Assembly (NCBI GenBank): GCA_013239625.1
Contig: MU054338.1
Location: 994,001 to 1,058,000 of the forward strand
From: Lama guanicoe
Taxonomy: Eukaryota
Direction of reading: 5' to 3'
Length of the DNA: 64,000 nucleotides
Shown here: positions 47,750-59,700 of the stretch, piece by piece
Numbering within the stretch: the first letter of the stretch is position 1
How the letters are laid out: the number at the start of each line of letters is the position of its first letter
Position numbers and translations under genes: made by a program
Notes under the pieces: generated by a model
What the model was told of the DNA's origin: nothing
What the model saw: the letters and a program-made list of their open reading frames with translations, nothing else
Database searches by the model: none

Positions 47750-48149
47750 CTTTGTCCCCGGGTACCGTCCCCCAGGGGCGCGGCGGACACAGAAGCAGAG
47801 GACCCTAGAAGCCCGGAGTCGGTCCCACTCCAGCCTGCCTGGAGCTGGAGGGGGCCGGGGAGGGCGGAGAGCGAGGCGGCGGGAGGCGGCGGCGAGGGGA
47901 GCGGGTGGGCGGGGGCGCTGACGTCAGACCCGGGCCCGGGCGCCGGCAGCGGCTCCCCCGCCACATCCTGGTGGCCGCGCTCGCAGCCGGGCCGGGCGGT
48001 GCGCCGCGCAGCCGGGCAGCCTCGCGCGCAGCCACCGGGGAGCGGGCGGGGGCTATGCGGCGGCTTTGAGCGCGCCGGGCCGGCGCCGAGGAGCGCGCGC
48101 GGCGGGCAGGCGGCGGAGCCGGCGAGGGGCCCGCGCGCGGCGGCCGAGC
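47750..48149 (+). promoter_or_regulatory. ONECUT3 CpG-island promoter and 5' UTR with GC box and full CRE
   Basis: Very GC/CpG-rich. GGGCGGGGG at ~47907-47915 is followed closely by the palindromic CRE TGACGTCA at 47919-47926. No TATA box seen. Confidence 0.75.
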
Positions 48150-49531
48150 ATGGAGCTGAGCCTGGAGAGCCTGGGGGGCCTGCATGGCGTGGCCCACGCG
48201 CAGGCGGGCGAGCTGCTGAGCCCGGGCCACGCGCGCTCAGCGGCGGCGCAGCACCGCGGCCTGGTGGCTCCCGGGCGCCCCGGCCTGGTGGCCGGCCCGG
48301 CGCGCCTGCTGGACGGCGGCGGCGGCGGCGGGGGCGCCNNNNNNNNNNNNNNNNNNNNNNNNNNNNNNNNNNNNNNNNNNNNNNNNNNNNNNNNNNNNNN
48401 NNNNNNNNNNNNNNNNNNNNNNNNNNNNNNNNNNNNNNNNNNNNNNNNNNNNNNNNNNNNNNNNNNNNNNNNNNNNNNNNNNNNNNNNNNNNNNNNNNNN
48501 NNNNNNNNNNNNNNNNNNNNNNNNNNNNNNNNNNNNNNNNNNNNNNNNNNNNNNNNNNNNNNNNNNNNNNNNNNNNNNNNNNNNNNNNNNNNNNNNNNNN
48601 NNNNNNNNNNNNNNNNNNNNNNNNNNNNNNNNNNNNNNNNNNNNNNNNNNNNNNNNNNNNNNNNNNNNNNNNNNNNNNNNNNNNNNNNNNNNNNNNNNNN
48701 NNNNNNNNNNNNNNNNNNNNNNNNNNNNNNNNNNNNNNNNNNNNNNNNNNNNNNNNNNNNNNNNNNNNNNNNNNNNNNNNNNNNNNNNNNNNNNNNNNNN
48801 NNNNNNNNNNNNNNNNNNNNNNNNNNNNNNNNNNNNNNNNNNNNNNNNNNNNNNNNNNNNNNNNNNNNNNNNNNNNNNNNNNNNNNNNNNNNNNNNNNNN
48901 NNNNNNNNNNNNNNNNNNNNNNNNNNNNNNNNNNNNNNNNNNNNNNNNNNNNNGGGCCCTACGGCAAGGAGCTGCCCGCCATGGGGTCGCCCCTGTCGCC
49001 GCTGCCCAACGCGCTGCCGCCCGCGCTGCCCGGCCCCCCGCAGCCCCCACCGCCGCCGCCGCCACCGCCGTTGGCCGCCTACGGCGCGCCTGGTCACCTA
49101 GCCGGGGACAAGCTGCTGCCGCCCGCCGCCTTCGAGCCGCACGCCGCGCTGCTGGGTCGCGCGGAGGACGCGCTGGCCCGCGGGCTGCCTGGAGGCGGCG
49201 GCGGCAGCGGTGGTGGCGGCGGCAGCGCCGGCGGCGGGAGCACCGCGGGGCTGCTGAGCGGGGAACGGCGGCCCCGGGGCCGGCGCAGCGGCGGAGGAGA
49301 TCAACACCAAGGAGGTGGCACAGCGCATCACGGCGGAGCTGAAGCGCTACAGCATCCCGCAGGCCATCTTCGCGCAGCGCATCCTGTGCCGCTCGCAGGG
49401 CACGCTCTCCGACCTGCTGCGCAACCCCAAGCCCTGGAGCAAGCTCAAGTCGGGCCGCGAGACCTTCCGCAGGATGTGGAAGTGGCTGCAGGAGCCCGAG
49501 TTCCAGCGCATGTCGGCGCTGCGCCTCGCAG
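48150..49531 (+). CDS. ONECUT3: One cut homeobox 3, coding exon 1 (N-terminus, Gly/Pro-rich region and complete CUT domain). It is interrupted by an N-gap (48339-48953) and an apparent frameshift near 49257-49260.
   Basis: ATG at 48150 in a strong Kozak context (A at -3, G at +4) gives MELSLESLGGLHGVAHAQAGELLSPGHARSAAAQHRGLVAPGRPGLVAG, the ONECUT3 N-terminus. After the gap it reads GPYGKELPAMGSPLSPLPNALPP...GDKLLPPAAFEPHAALLGRAEDALARGLPG. The CUT domain EEINTKEVAQRITAELKRYSIPQAIFAQRILCRSQGTLSDLLRNPKPWSKLKSGRETFRRMWKWLQEPEFQRMSALRLA follows in the +1 frame and ends at the phase-1 donor GCAG|GTAGGA. Confidence 0.96.
48339..48953. other. Assembly gap (615 N) inside ONECUT3 exon 1
   Basis: Run of N flanked by extremely GC-rich coding sequence. 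Confidence 0.99.
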
Positions 49532-52500
49532 GTAGGAGCGCGGCGCACGCCGTACGACCCTAGGGGCCCGGCAAGGTGCTCCCCAGCACCAAGCAGGGCG
49601 GCAGCGGGGCGCCCCGGCTTCCTCCCCAAACGGGGGCCTCGCGCCCCGCCGCCGGCCCGGGGCCATCTTGCAGGAGACCAGAGCATGCTCTGCCTCCCTG
49701 ACCGTCTGTACCATCGCCGAAAAGGAGAAAAGTATTTTGCCGCCGTTCCCCGGTAGACTCCCGCCCAGCCATTCCCGCAACGGGGAGGCGGTCCCTGGAT
49801 CCTTTTAGACTGCTCAGAGGATCCCCAGGCTGCCAGCAGGGTCGCTCATTGTGTGTGTGATATGTGTAGAGGGGTGGGGAGTATGCCCCAGAGGCGCCGC
49901 CGCTGTCAGCTCCGGGTGCTACTCCCCTCCTCCCAAACAGACCCTCGCTGCGGCTCCAGCCCCGGGGCAGAGCACCGGGACCGAGCCCCGCGGCGGCCCG
50001 GGAGGGCCGGGCCCGCGCTCAGCCCCCGGCCCCAGCGCGCGCTTCTTTGTAGCTGGGCCTCGGCGATCGATAGCCCCCTCCCCCTCTCCGGCCGCTGGCA
50101 AAGGTCACCGGAGAACGGGCGGGGGAGGGGCGGCCCGGGGGACCCTCGGCCCGCGCCGCCCGGAGGCCTTCACACCCCGGCCCTCCACCAGCCCCGCGCC
50201 TTTGCTCCCGGCTCCGGTGCGCGCACCCCGCTGGTCTCTTTTCCCTTCTGTGTTTCTTTCATTTCTACTTCTCTCTCTGCCAGGGCAAACGCGTATCTGC
50301 GTTTTGCTTCGTCTTCCCTTTCCTTCTCTCTGTCACTCTCTCTTTCTATCTCTCTCTGCCTCTGTCACGGTCTCTCACTCACACTGATGCTCAGCTCCCC
50401 CCTCCTCCCTCCCAGATGACAACAGCTGGGTCCACACCTGCCCCCAGCAAACGTCCTGGCCAAGACCCCTTCTCCTCGGTGGCAGGAGGTGCAGGAGAGC
50501 CCCCACTCTCACCGCGGTGGCCTGGCTTGGCTGGGGGGTAGTCTTTCCCTGGCTGCTCTGGGGAGGGGCTGCAGCCACCCCAGCCGCGGGGACAATAGCC
50601 GCTTCGAGCGCCCGATCGATCGCTTCTCTGCACACAGGGGCGAGTGGGGCGGGCGGAGTGGGCTGGGGCTCAAACCAGGAACCCCTTGAGCGGTGAGGCA
50701 GGGAGGGATTTGGCTGTGCCCCCAGCCAAGGGGCCAGGCCAGGGGGCAGGAAAAGAGAGGGTGCCGGTGGGGGGGCTAGAGAAGGGTCTGTGTTACTTAC
50801 TCTCCTCCCCCCAGGCATCCTCGACCACCTGGGGAGCCTGCACCCACACTTGGGCCTTAGTTTCCCCTTCTGCAGAGCCAGGTGACTGGCTGCACATCCG
50901 ACAGGCCTCCTAGATTCTCCACTTTGGGGAAGAGGGGAATGCTCCTTCTATGTGTCAGGTGACCGAGTGTGCGGGGAGGTTGCTGTGAAAGGTTACAAAT
51001 GGTGTCAGGAACATGGACCATTTGGTGTAAGGCAGGATCCGCTGTGTCCTGCTCCCCAAGGCACGTGCCATGACAAGGCTGTGCTCACAGGGGACACTGA
51101 GTCACATCGCCACACAGCCATGGCCAGCCCCGTGCAACTTAGGTGACACCAGGTAGCAGAGAGCACGCTCAAGGGCTCTGGCCAAAAGCAGGGCTCTGAT
51201 GCTGTGGCTGCTAAATGGCCCTCAGCGTATGAACAACTTCCGGGGTTCGACCCTTGCCACATCGGCCACCTTCCACCTCCTCCCCAGCACATGTATTTCA
51301 GGGACACTGTGTCTGACACGCGTGTACACAAAGGACACACACCAGTTTCCATTTTTTTCACTGCCAAGTCGTGTAACTAATAGGATCCAGTAGTAATATT
51401 TGAATGGCACATTTTGGGGCCACCTGAGAGACTGGCCAGAGTGTCTTAGAATGCCCAGCCTCGGGGAGAAGTCCGCTGGGGGGCATTGCTGTGGGGAGAG
51501 TAGTGCCAGGTTGCAGCGTGCCGGGCCCCACCGGCGGTATAATTACAGAGAGGGGAGGGGAAACTGAGACTCGTTTGTTTGCACCACAGTCGGGCCTCCC
51601 TGCCTTCTGTGGCGTTAGCCAGCGGTCTCGCCTCTCTGAGCCTTGGTTTCTCTTTTCGAGCGGAAGTCAGGATACCTTCCGTCTCGGAGGGGCGTGCCAA
51701 GTGGAGGGGGGCCGCGCAGGGCCTGGCAGGCGCACAGGCCCGGGGGATACTGAACTGTGACCCCCGGCCTGGTCCCCTCCTCCAGCCCTCTGCCCACAGT
51801 GTGACCCCACTGCCCCCTTGGTACACGGGGCCCTCCGGGCCCTGGGCACCCGCCACACCTCCCAAGCCGGTCCACACTGCCAGGCAGGGCCTGGGATGTT
51901 AGAGCGGACAGCCGAGGGCCATGGGGTAATTAGGCGCGGACCGGCTGAGAGGCCTTTAGTTCCGGTCGCTGCGCAAATGAAAAGCGGTTAAGTGGCGGCA
52001 AATCGCGGCGGTTAGGGGGAGGCGGCGGGGTGCAGCCCCTGCCTAACGCGCCGCCCCGCACGCGGCAGCCCAAAGCGCCTCCCAGTGCCGCGACCCGGCA
52101 GGGAGCGCTCAGCGCCCTTCCTCCTCCCTCGTCCCCATCCCGGGCCCAGCGAAAGCCGCCTGCCTTCTCCCTCTCCGCACCTCTGCGCCCCAGTCGGGCG
52201 CCCGCGGGCTGACCCGCCTCCGACCTCGTCTCTCGGCCGAGCTGCTCGCGGAGTCCCGTCGGGGTGTCCCGCCCTCGCGCGGGGACCAGGAGAGAGAAAG
52301 GAGGGAGAAAGACACACGCAGAGGCAGAGAAAGAGAAAGAGACAGACAGGTAGGGAAAGACAGACGGAGAGTGGCCAAAACAGGACAAAGAGAGAGACAA
52401 AGAGACAGGGGAGGAGAGGCTGGAAAGGAGGGGTGAGAGCTCCCAGACGCCGCCCCTCTGCTGGGATCCACTCGTCCGGGGCCCTGCACCGCCCAGCTCC

Positions 52501-52854
52501 CCCTTCTCTCCCCTTCCCGGATCTGGGACTGAGGTGGGAAGGGTGGCTTCTTTGTTTCTCTGAAGCACCCAAGAAATCTGGCCAGGTAGATTTCAGGGCA
52601 CCCCGCACCGTTGCCTCTGCACCTGACTGTTCTTTGTGACTCAGTTTACCTCTCTGTAAAATGTGCGTACACTGGGGGGACCAGGTTCTGGGTCTGATAG
52701 TCTGAGGTTCTGGGGCACACTAGTCTGGGCAAGGCCCATCCTGCAACCCCTCCAACCCCATTGCCATGGGTTGCCACTAGCCCTACTCCACCCCAGCATC
52801 GTCAGAGTCCCGCAGCTTCTGAGCCGCTGCCTCTTTGAAGCCCTCCCTGACTCC

Positions 52855-53090
52855 ATCTCAAACAGTAATTACGGCAGAGGGGCTGGGGGAGGGGCTGGCG
52901 GACTCCTCGGCGGGGGCGGGGCGGTCGATGAATTCGAATTACCGTCTCTAATTCATCACCGTCGCTGGGTCGATAGCTTCGGCCGTCTTCAAATATTGTT
53001 TAAATTGCAACTCCGAAGGAAAAGTATTTTTTGTAACTGATCAGAAAATATATAGAAAATAAAATATCAGATGAAGGCGATTGAAAGAAG
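52855..53090. promoter_or_regulatory. Intronic candidate enhancer
   Basis: TAATTA near 52866, GGTCGATGAATTCGAATT 52923-52940, GGTCGATAGC 52968-52977, AT-rich AAATATTGTTTAAATTG. Confidence 0.5.
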
Positions 53091-53629
53091 AGCCCTCTTC
53101 CCCTCTTTGCCTGCTGGTGAGCCCTGAGCCCAGATGAAGGAGACCAGCATGGGGGAAACTGAGGCAGAGAGGGAGCCAGCGCCAGAGCTAATGGGGGTGG
53201 GCGCATCACCCGGATGGCGGACATCAGGGCTGGCAGTGGGTGGGCGTCGCGGTGGCAGGGCTGCTGGGAGTCTGGAGGGGATGGCGGTTGAGCTGGTAAA
53301 GCCAGAGCAGTTGCCTCCTGCCCCCCATCCTGAGCCAAGGACAGGCTCAGCCCCTGTCTCTCTCCCCAGTCTACAGGTGGAGTCCCAGACAGATGCTGAG
53401 TGGGGATGGGGGTTCTGAGGCTGAAGAGACTTAGCCCACGAGGTCCAATCCACGAGTTCTGCTGGGAGGGATAGCTATTCACCCCCAGCAAGCGCTCTGG
53501 ACCCCCCCCACAAAGACCGATGCGCCTTCTGTAAAACCTGGCCTGGAACCACAAGGGTCCACATCTCTTACAGACCCTCACGAAAGACATCCCAGCAGGG
53601 AACTTAGAGACTCAGCCTCCCCTGGTCTC

Positions 53630-53730
53630 TGTCACTGACTGATTCTGGGTGAGGGTTTGAGCCTCAGTTTCCTCATCTGAGAAATGGACAGAATCAGATG
53701 CCACCTGGTAGGTGCTTGTTGAGGTTATTC
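53630..53730 (+). mobile_element. MIR
   Basis: GAGCCTCAGTTTCCTCATCTGAGAAATGG. Confidence 0.75.
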
Positions 53731-56700
53731 TTAGCAACCCTGCCTCCCAGCCTCTCAGGATGCACTCCCAGAGCCTGTCCTCTGTGGCCACGCTGCTTTA
53801 TCATACCTAACACCTATATCTCCTCATCTTCAGGGAGGGCCTGAGTCACCCCCTGGCAGCCTGTGCCTCGTGAGAGCCACAGGGAGTGAGCAGGGGTGCC
53901 AGAAGGGGCCTGGGGACCCCCAGGGGACACTGCAGGCCCCCACAGGGAAGCGCTGAGCGGAGGGAGACTGTATGGGGCTGTGTGTGTCAGAGCCATGTGG
54001 GGCTGCGCAGGAAGCCCCGGGTCCCCCAGACAAGCCTCCTCCTTCCAGGCCGCAGGACCCTCATGGGGCGGCCCCAGCACCTGCCCAGGGGCAGCGATTC
54101 TGGCTCTTCCCCCCAGGCGGGGGGGGGGCAGAGAGGGCAGGCTGTCAGGTGGGGAGGGGCCGGCTGGGATGCCCAAGGCCCTCCTCCTCGGTTCACCCAT
54201 CAGGAATGAGAGAAGCCATCCCGCAAAAGGATCTTCTAAGCCAGTTTGGATACTAACCCCACTTTACGGACCATCAAGCCAAGGTTGAAAGGAAGGCACT
54301 CACCAACACCACACACCTGGTGTGAAGTGGAGCCAGCTCCTCCAGGAGGGAGGACAGCCTCAGCCTCGCGGGCAGTGAATGGGGAGGCAGGGCCGGGGGA
54401 GGGGCTGGCAGCCCGGCTGGGGGTGCTCAGGCTCCCACCTCCTGCAAGGATGAGCGGACATCCCGGGCAGGCGGCCCAGCAGAGACATGGCTGGGAGGGG
54501 AAGCTCAGTGGACTGAGGCCAGGGACAGGCGGGTGGCTCTGAAGGTCATGTCAAGGTCTACCTTACAAAGAGCTTGCATGACCCTTGGGCCAGGAGAGGA
54601 GGCCTGCACTTTTCCTTTGTGACTCAGGAGGACATGATCATGGGGCCCACGTGAGACTCCCACGCACCAACCCAGGGACCACCAGTGACCCTCCAGGGAG
54701 GGTGTGCAAGGCTGGGTCCCAGTTTCCTCCTTCCCAGCTCGGAGCCACTGCTTCTGCTTTTCCTGGCAAACTACCCCCTCCTGGCTGCTGGCCCTCAGAG
54801 CGAGCCTGGGCTCCGTGCTGGAGATCCAGCCCTCCCTGAACCCCAGGTCTGATAATCCCTTCCTGCCTGGGAGAAACGGATGGTCACCCCTACTTCACAG
54901 AGAAGCACACAGACTAATCTGCAGGCAAGGGGCTGGCACTGGCCTTTAGCTCCTTTATTCTGAAGTCTCCACAGCCTAAAATCCTAGGACTAACCAAGAC
55001 CCGGCCACCTTCCCTAACCGCCCTCCCATTACAGTGCTGCCTCCCTATCAACCATCACCACTCTAGTCTGAGCAACCCACCTCTGGCCACCTCCTCCTCG
55101 TTGCTGGTCTCCAGGTTCCACTCCCACCCCTGGTGTCCTCTCTTTGAAGCTGGAGGGGGCTTTTATGGTAACTCAGAGCTCGTCACTTTTCTGCTTGGCA
55201 CCCAGCCTCGTGGCTCCTCAGAGCTCAGAGGAGAAGGAAACTTCCTAACTTTCTGCCCTGCTCGGATGCAGGTGGAACCACCAAGGACGAAGGCTGGGAG
55301 ATGGGAAGCCAGAGAGGCTGTAAGGATGGAGGCCAGGCCCCTGCAGTCGGAGTCTTTGTATGTAGTGGGGAGCTTGGCTTAACCAGGGAGCACAGGTTTT
55401 TAATTAAATATGGCCCTTGATCAATAAGGAAGGCTGCACTCGCGGGGGAGGAGAGAGGCTGGGCTGGAGCCAAGGGTGGCCTGGGAGACCCCGGTGACCT
55501 TGAGCACTCCGGGGACACCTGCAGCCTCAGTTTCCCACCTGCCAAGTAGGCATGGCTGTGGGTGGGACTAGGACTCAGGGCTCTCCAGCCGCTGAAGTCT
55601 TGTCCTGTGCACAGATGTGGGGCTGGGAGGGGGTCTTAGACCTAACGAGCCACACGCACAAAGCACAGCCTGGCGGCAGATGGAAACAGGCAAGGAGAGG
55701 CGTCACCAAGGTTTCGGGCCACCAAGGAGAGGAGACGGAAGTGTAGATGTGCCGAGGACACAGTGTAGACGCAGTGTAGATGGGAATGCAAGTGAAGATG
55801 TGAACTAGCGGGGATGTAAGCGTAGATCCTCCCGGGACCCAAGTGTAGACGCTGATATCCGCACTAGGACAAGCACCTGCGACTCTGGCCCAGGACCCCT
55901 CACCCTCCCTCGGGCCGGGCCTGGCGTATCTGACGCAGCGCCGGGGGCGGGGACGTAGGGAAGAACCCACCTTCTTCCTCCAACACCTGCGCAGGTGCCT
56001 GGGAATTATTTGTGGGCCGCGAACTGGGCCGTGGGACCACCTCTCTTCCGCATGTGGTCAGTTGCCATTGGAGCCCACTCCCCGGTGCTAGGGGGTTAGG
56101 AGAGGGTCGCTTCCCCGCCGTGACCTGGGCGGGTGAATGGGGTACCTGGTGCGGGAACAGCAGGGGTGCGTGCTTCCCTAAGCGCCGCCGAGCCTCTGTG
56201 GGCGCATTGATGTCAGTGCCTCAGCTTCCCCCACCAGGCCAATGCCGCCCCCTTAGGGCCGAGAAAGCCACAGAGTGCAGCCAGGACACGTCTGTCCCTG
56301 GCAGATGTGGGATCTCCCAAACCCGAAAGGATTTCGCGCGCATCCGCCCTCCACCGCATGGCGGGACGGGGGCGCACGCAGCCCCACGTAAGGAGACCTA
56401 GACCCTTGCACCGCGCACCCGCAGCCTCCGAGCCTCAGGGGCACCAGCGGGCGTTCGACGCGAGAGCTCAGCCCCCATCCTGGGGGAAATCTCATCCTGC
56501 CGGGTGGGAGCTGCCTCGGGGCTCGCCTCCTTCCCCGCCCAACCCAGGCGCCGGGGGTCTTGGCGCGCTCTGCGTGCTCCGAGCGTCGGGGCGCTGCGGC
56601 CCTGAGCAGGGGCGGCAGAGCGCCGGGGGCAGGGGCGCCCCCGGAAGGATGCGCTTCCCCCTGCGCACCTCCTTTTCCGCAAATGGGTACTAGAATCCCC

Positions 56701-59700
56701 AGCCCGGTGAGAACACAAAGCGGATAAAGCTAAAGTCTCCCGCATACGTAAGAGCAACGGCGGCGGCTCCGCCCTCTGCCCCCACCCCATTCTTTTAAAA
56801 TGCTGTATCTTTTTTTTGTTTTCAAACAGCGGGCACATTCGCCAGGCTCCAAAGTTAAGCGGAACCAAGAGGCCGCCCTCCTTTTTGCAAACCACACTTT
56901 CTCTTTCTCCTGGAGAGAGGTTACACTTAGTCCGTAAATGCACGTTCTTTTTCTTTTTCCTCTTTTTGAAAAAACAACAGAGAGCCCCTGGTTCTGCTGG
57001 GCTTTCGACTCCTGGACGCTCAGAATAGCCACATCAGAAAAGAGTCTGGGGGCATCTTTGCCAGCCGCGCAGTATTCGCTTTAACCATTCCTTCTTGCTC
57101 CAACCATCTCCCCGCCCAGTGGACGCTTAGGCCATTTCAAGTGGTTTGCAGTCCCCCGCCACGCCACGCCACGCCTCGGCCAGGGCTGCCATGAACACTT
57201 CCTGGGCCACCATTTTGCCTGTGGGTTTATCTAATGATTAATTTCCCAGTCACTGACTTGCTGGGCCACTCCCCACCTTTTCTGCGCTGGCCTCGCTACT
57301 CTTTTTCTTATCGCTGGTTCCTTTCCTGTCATCTTTTTCAAATCCATTTCCCACTGCTGGCCGCTGTGACTTCTTAACTTTTTTTTAATAAAAGCTCTGT
57401 GTGTGTGTGTGCGCGCGCACGTGTGTTTACCCGCACTTGTGAACCCACTGATGCTGTTTGCCTGGTGTGTGGTGCCCAAATGGGGAGGAGGGGGTCTCGG
57501 GGTATGGGAGCTGCCCCTGGACACCCTTGCCCCCCTACCCCAGATGGTGCAACCACCAGCTGGAGCGCCCCTCCGGGGGTGGCCCAGAGTCCAAATGGAA
57601 ATACTCATTTCCCTGATAAGTCTTTGAAAAGCTCAGAACTAATTTGAAAATGTGGCCATTAAAATCCCATCACGGGGAGCAGGGGGAGGGAGCGAGGTGG
57701 GGCCTCTCCCAGAGGCTGGGTGACCGCCAAGGTGTTCAAAGGCCAGGAGGGGAGGTGTGTGCCTGGCAGCAGGGGAGGAGGGACAGAGTGGAGAGGCAGC
57801 CAGGACAGAGGAGGGGGTCCTCATCTGAGGGCAGGGGCCTGACTCAGCACTGTCTCCCTGGAGACGACTCCGCTCACTCACCCTTGGGAACCCCTGAGGG
57901 CACAGGGTGTGGATAAAGAGGGTCAAGTCTCCCCTCAGAGTGACTCACTGTGTGACCTTGGGCAAGTCACTCACTGTCTCTGGCCTGGAGAGGCCAGTGG
58001 GGGGTGCTCAGGGCAGCTCAGCCTAGTGGTGACAAGTCCCTAGGGGGGGGAGGAACATCCTTGTGCCCCACATCTGGGGCCGGGCAGCTGGTGGCCAGGG
58101 CGGGACGTGTCGTCAAGGAAACAGGTCATCATCCCAGCCGGAGACCAGGCTCCGCATTGAATTGTCTGCTCGGAGAAGCTGAGCTGAGCGCAGGAGGTGG
58201 CCGGAGGGGAGGGGGACAGCGGCTCCGGTTCCCACACCCCCACCCTGTGCCCAGGTGGACAGACACTGGTGGGGGTTCAGGCATGGGGGCAGATGAGCGG
58301 CTCAGTGGTGGCTTTGGGTGCTGTACAGAATGTGACACAAAGGGATAAGGACAACCGCTCAGGGGTGCCCATCGCTGAATTCTGGGGCGATCGTCCAGCC
58401 ATTATTGTCCCCTGTCAAACCCAGCCTTTCATGGGGGGGGACGGCTCACCCCCTGGTGCCACCCTGGCTCCTGCCTCTTCTCCCCTGGGCTTCACTGTCC
58501 CCTCTCCCCGACTGTCCCCAAACATCATGACATCAGCTCTGTGTCCAGTTCCATCTTCCACGCCCAGGTCTGTTCCCGCGTAGAGGTCCCTCAGAGCCCA
58601 GATGTCACCCTGGGTGACATCTTTCCCTGGAATAGCCCACCCATGCCCACCTCCATCCCCCGCTGCGCCAAGAAGCAGCCAGCCACCCTGTTACTGTGCG
58701 AATATCAGATTGTGGCTCCGTGAAGTGGAGGCTGCGTTCGTCTCACTCCTGGCTGTGCTCAGCAGAGCCTCACACACACAGTGCACACAGTGGGTGCTTG
58801 ATAAGCTGTTGAATGAAGGGAGGAGAGGGAGGAGGGAGCAGCTGCAGGCATTCAGAACTTGCAGATCCTCCGGCCGGCCCCAGACACGGTGGGATACCCC
58901 CCCCTCAGGATCATGGGGCACCGCGCCCGCTTGATAACCCTGGAAACTGATGTCCACAGAGTGTGCGCTCCAGGCCACTCGGCTTCTGGAACCCAGGCCC
59001 AGCATCCCTGCTGACCCTGACCCAGAATGGCGAGGCAGTGGGTTCACGCCTGCATCCGGGGCGGGCCAGCAGACAGAAACTGCCTTGGGGGTCCAGGTGG
59101 CCACAGGCCTGCTCCCTGTGCACTCAGACCCAGCGGGGCGCAGGCTGGGGCACCACCCACACTGGCCGTCACATCCAGCAAGTCACACCCCGCCCTCAGC
59201 TCTTCACATTGCATCCTCTGAGTGTCATTGCGACCCCTACACCTCCGAGGCCAGCTACAAGCAGATGTCATGCTGGGTCTGCTGGCCCCTGGGTCTTCCT
59301 GCTGCCCACTGACCAGCCGCTTCCTCTGGGCCTCTCTCTGCACGCCCCTCCAGATCCCTGCCCACCTTCTTCCAGAAGCGCATAGACAGCTCTTGCTACC
59401 TTCACAGGTTATCCCGTAACTCACACGCGTGTGGTCTGCTGCATGTGGGCACCCTTCCCAATGGCAGCAAAGTGCCCTGCACACACCACCTCGTCCACAC
59501 ACCCAACAGACAGGGGAAAGGCCGATGCCTGTGTGGTCAGGCAGCTGGGGCCGGGGATGGCCCAGGACAGGCCCAGCAGCGGTACTCACACACACACACC
59601 ATCACCCACCTAGACCACAATGGGCCTCTGGGGGAGGGGATGGGAGGAGGAGGGAGAGGAGGAGAGAAAGGGAGGGGAGGAGGGGGAAGCAGATGGGGTG

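Larger units (their letters stand above)
47750..50230. other. CpG island spanning the ONECUT3 promoter, exon 1 and start of intron 1
   Basis: Dense CpG and very high GC throughout. Confidence 0.9.

Noticed and set aside
47113..49686. 857-aa minus-strand ORF and 598-aa plus-strand ORF (47546-49342)
   Set aside because: They stay open only through the N-gap and stop-poor GC-rich sequence. They are shadow frames of ONECUT3 exon 1.
53700..53713. CTCF-like GCCACCTGGTAG
   Set aside because: Imperfect match inside a MIR. It cannot be supported without ChIP data.
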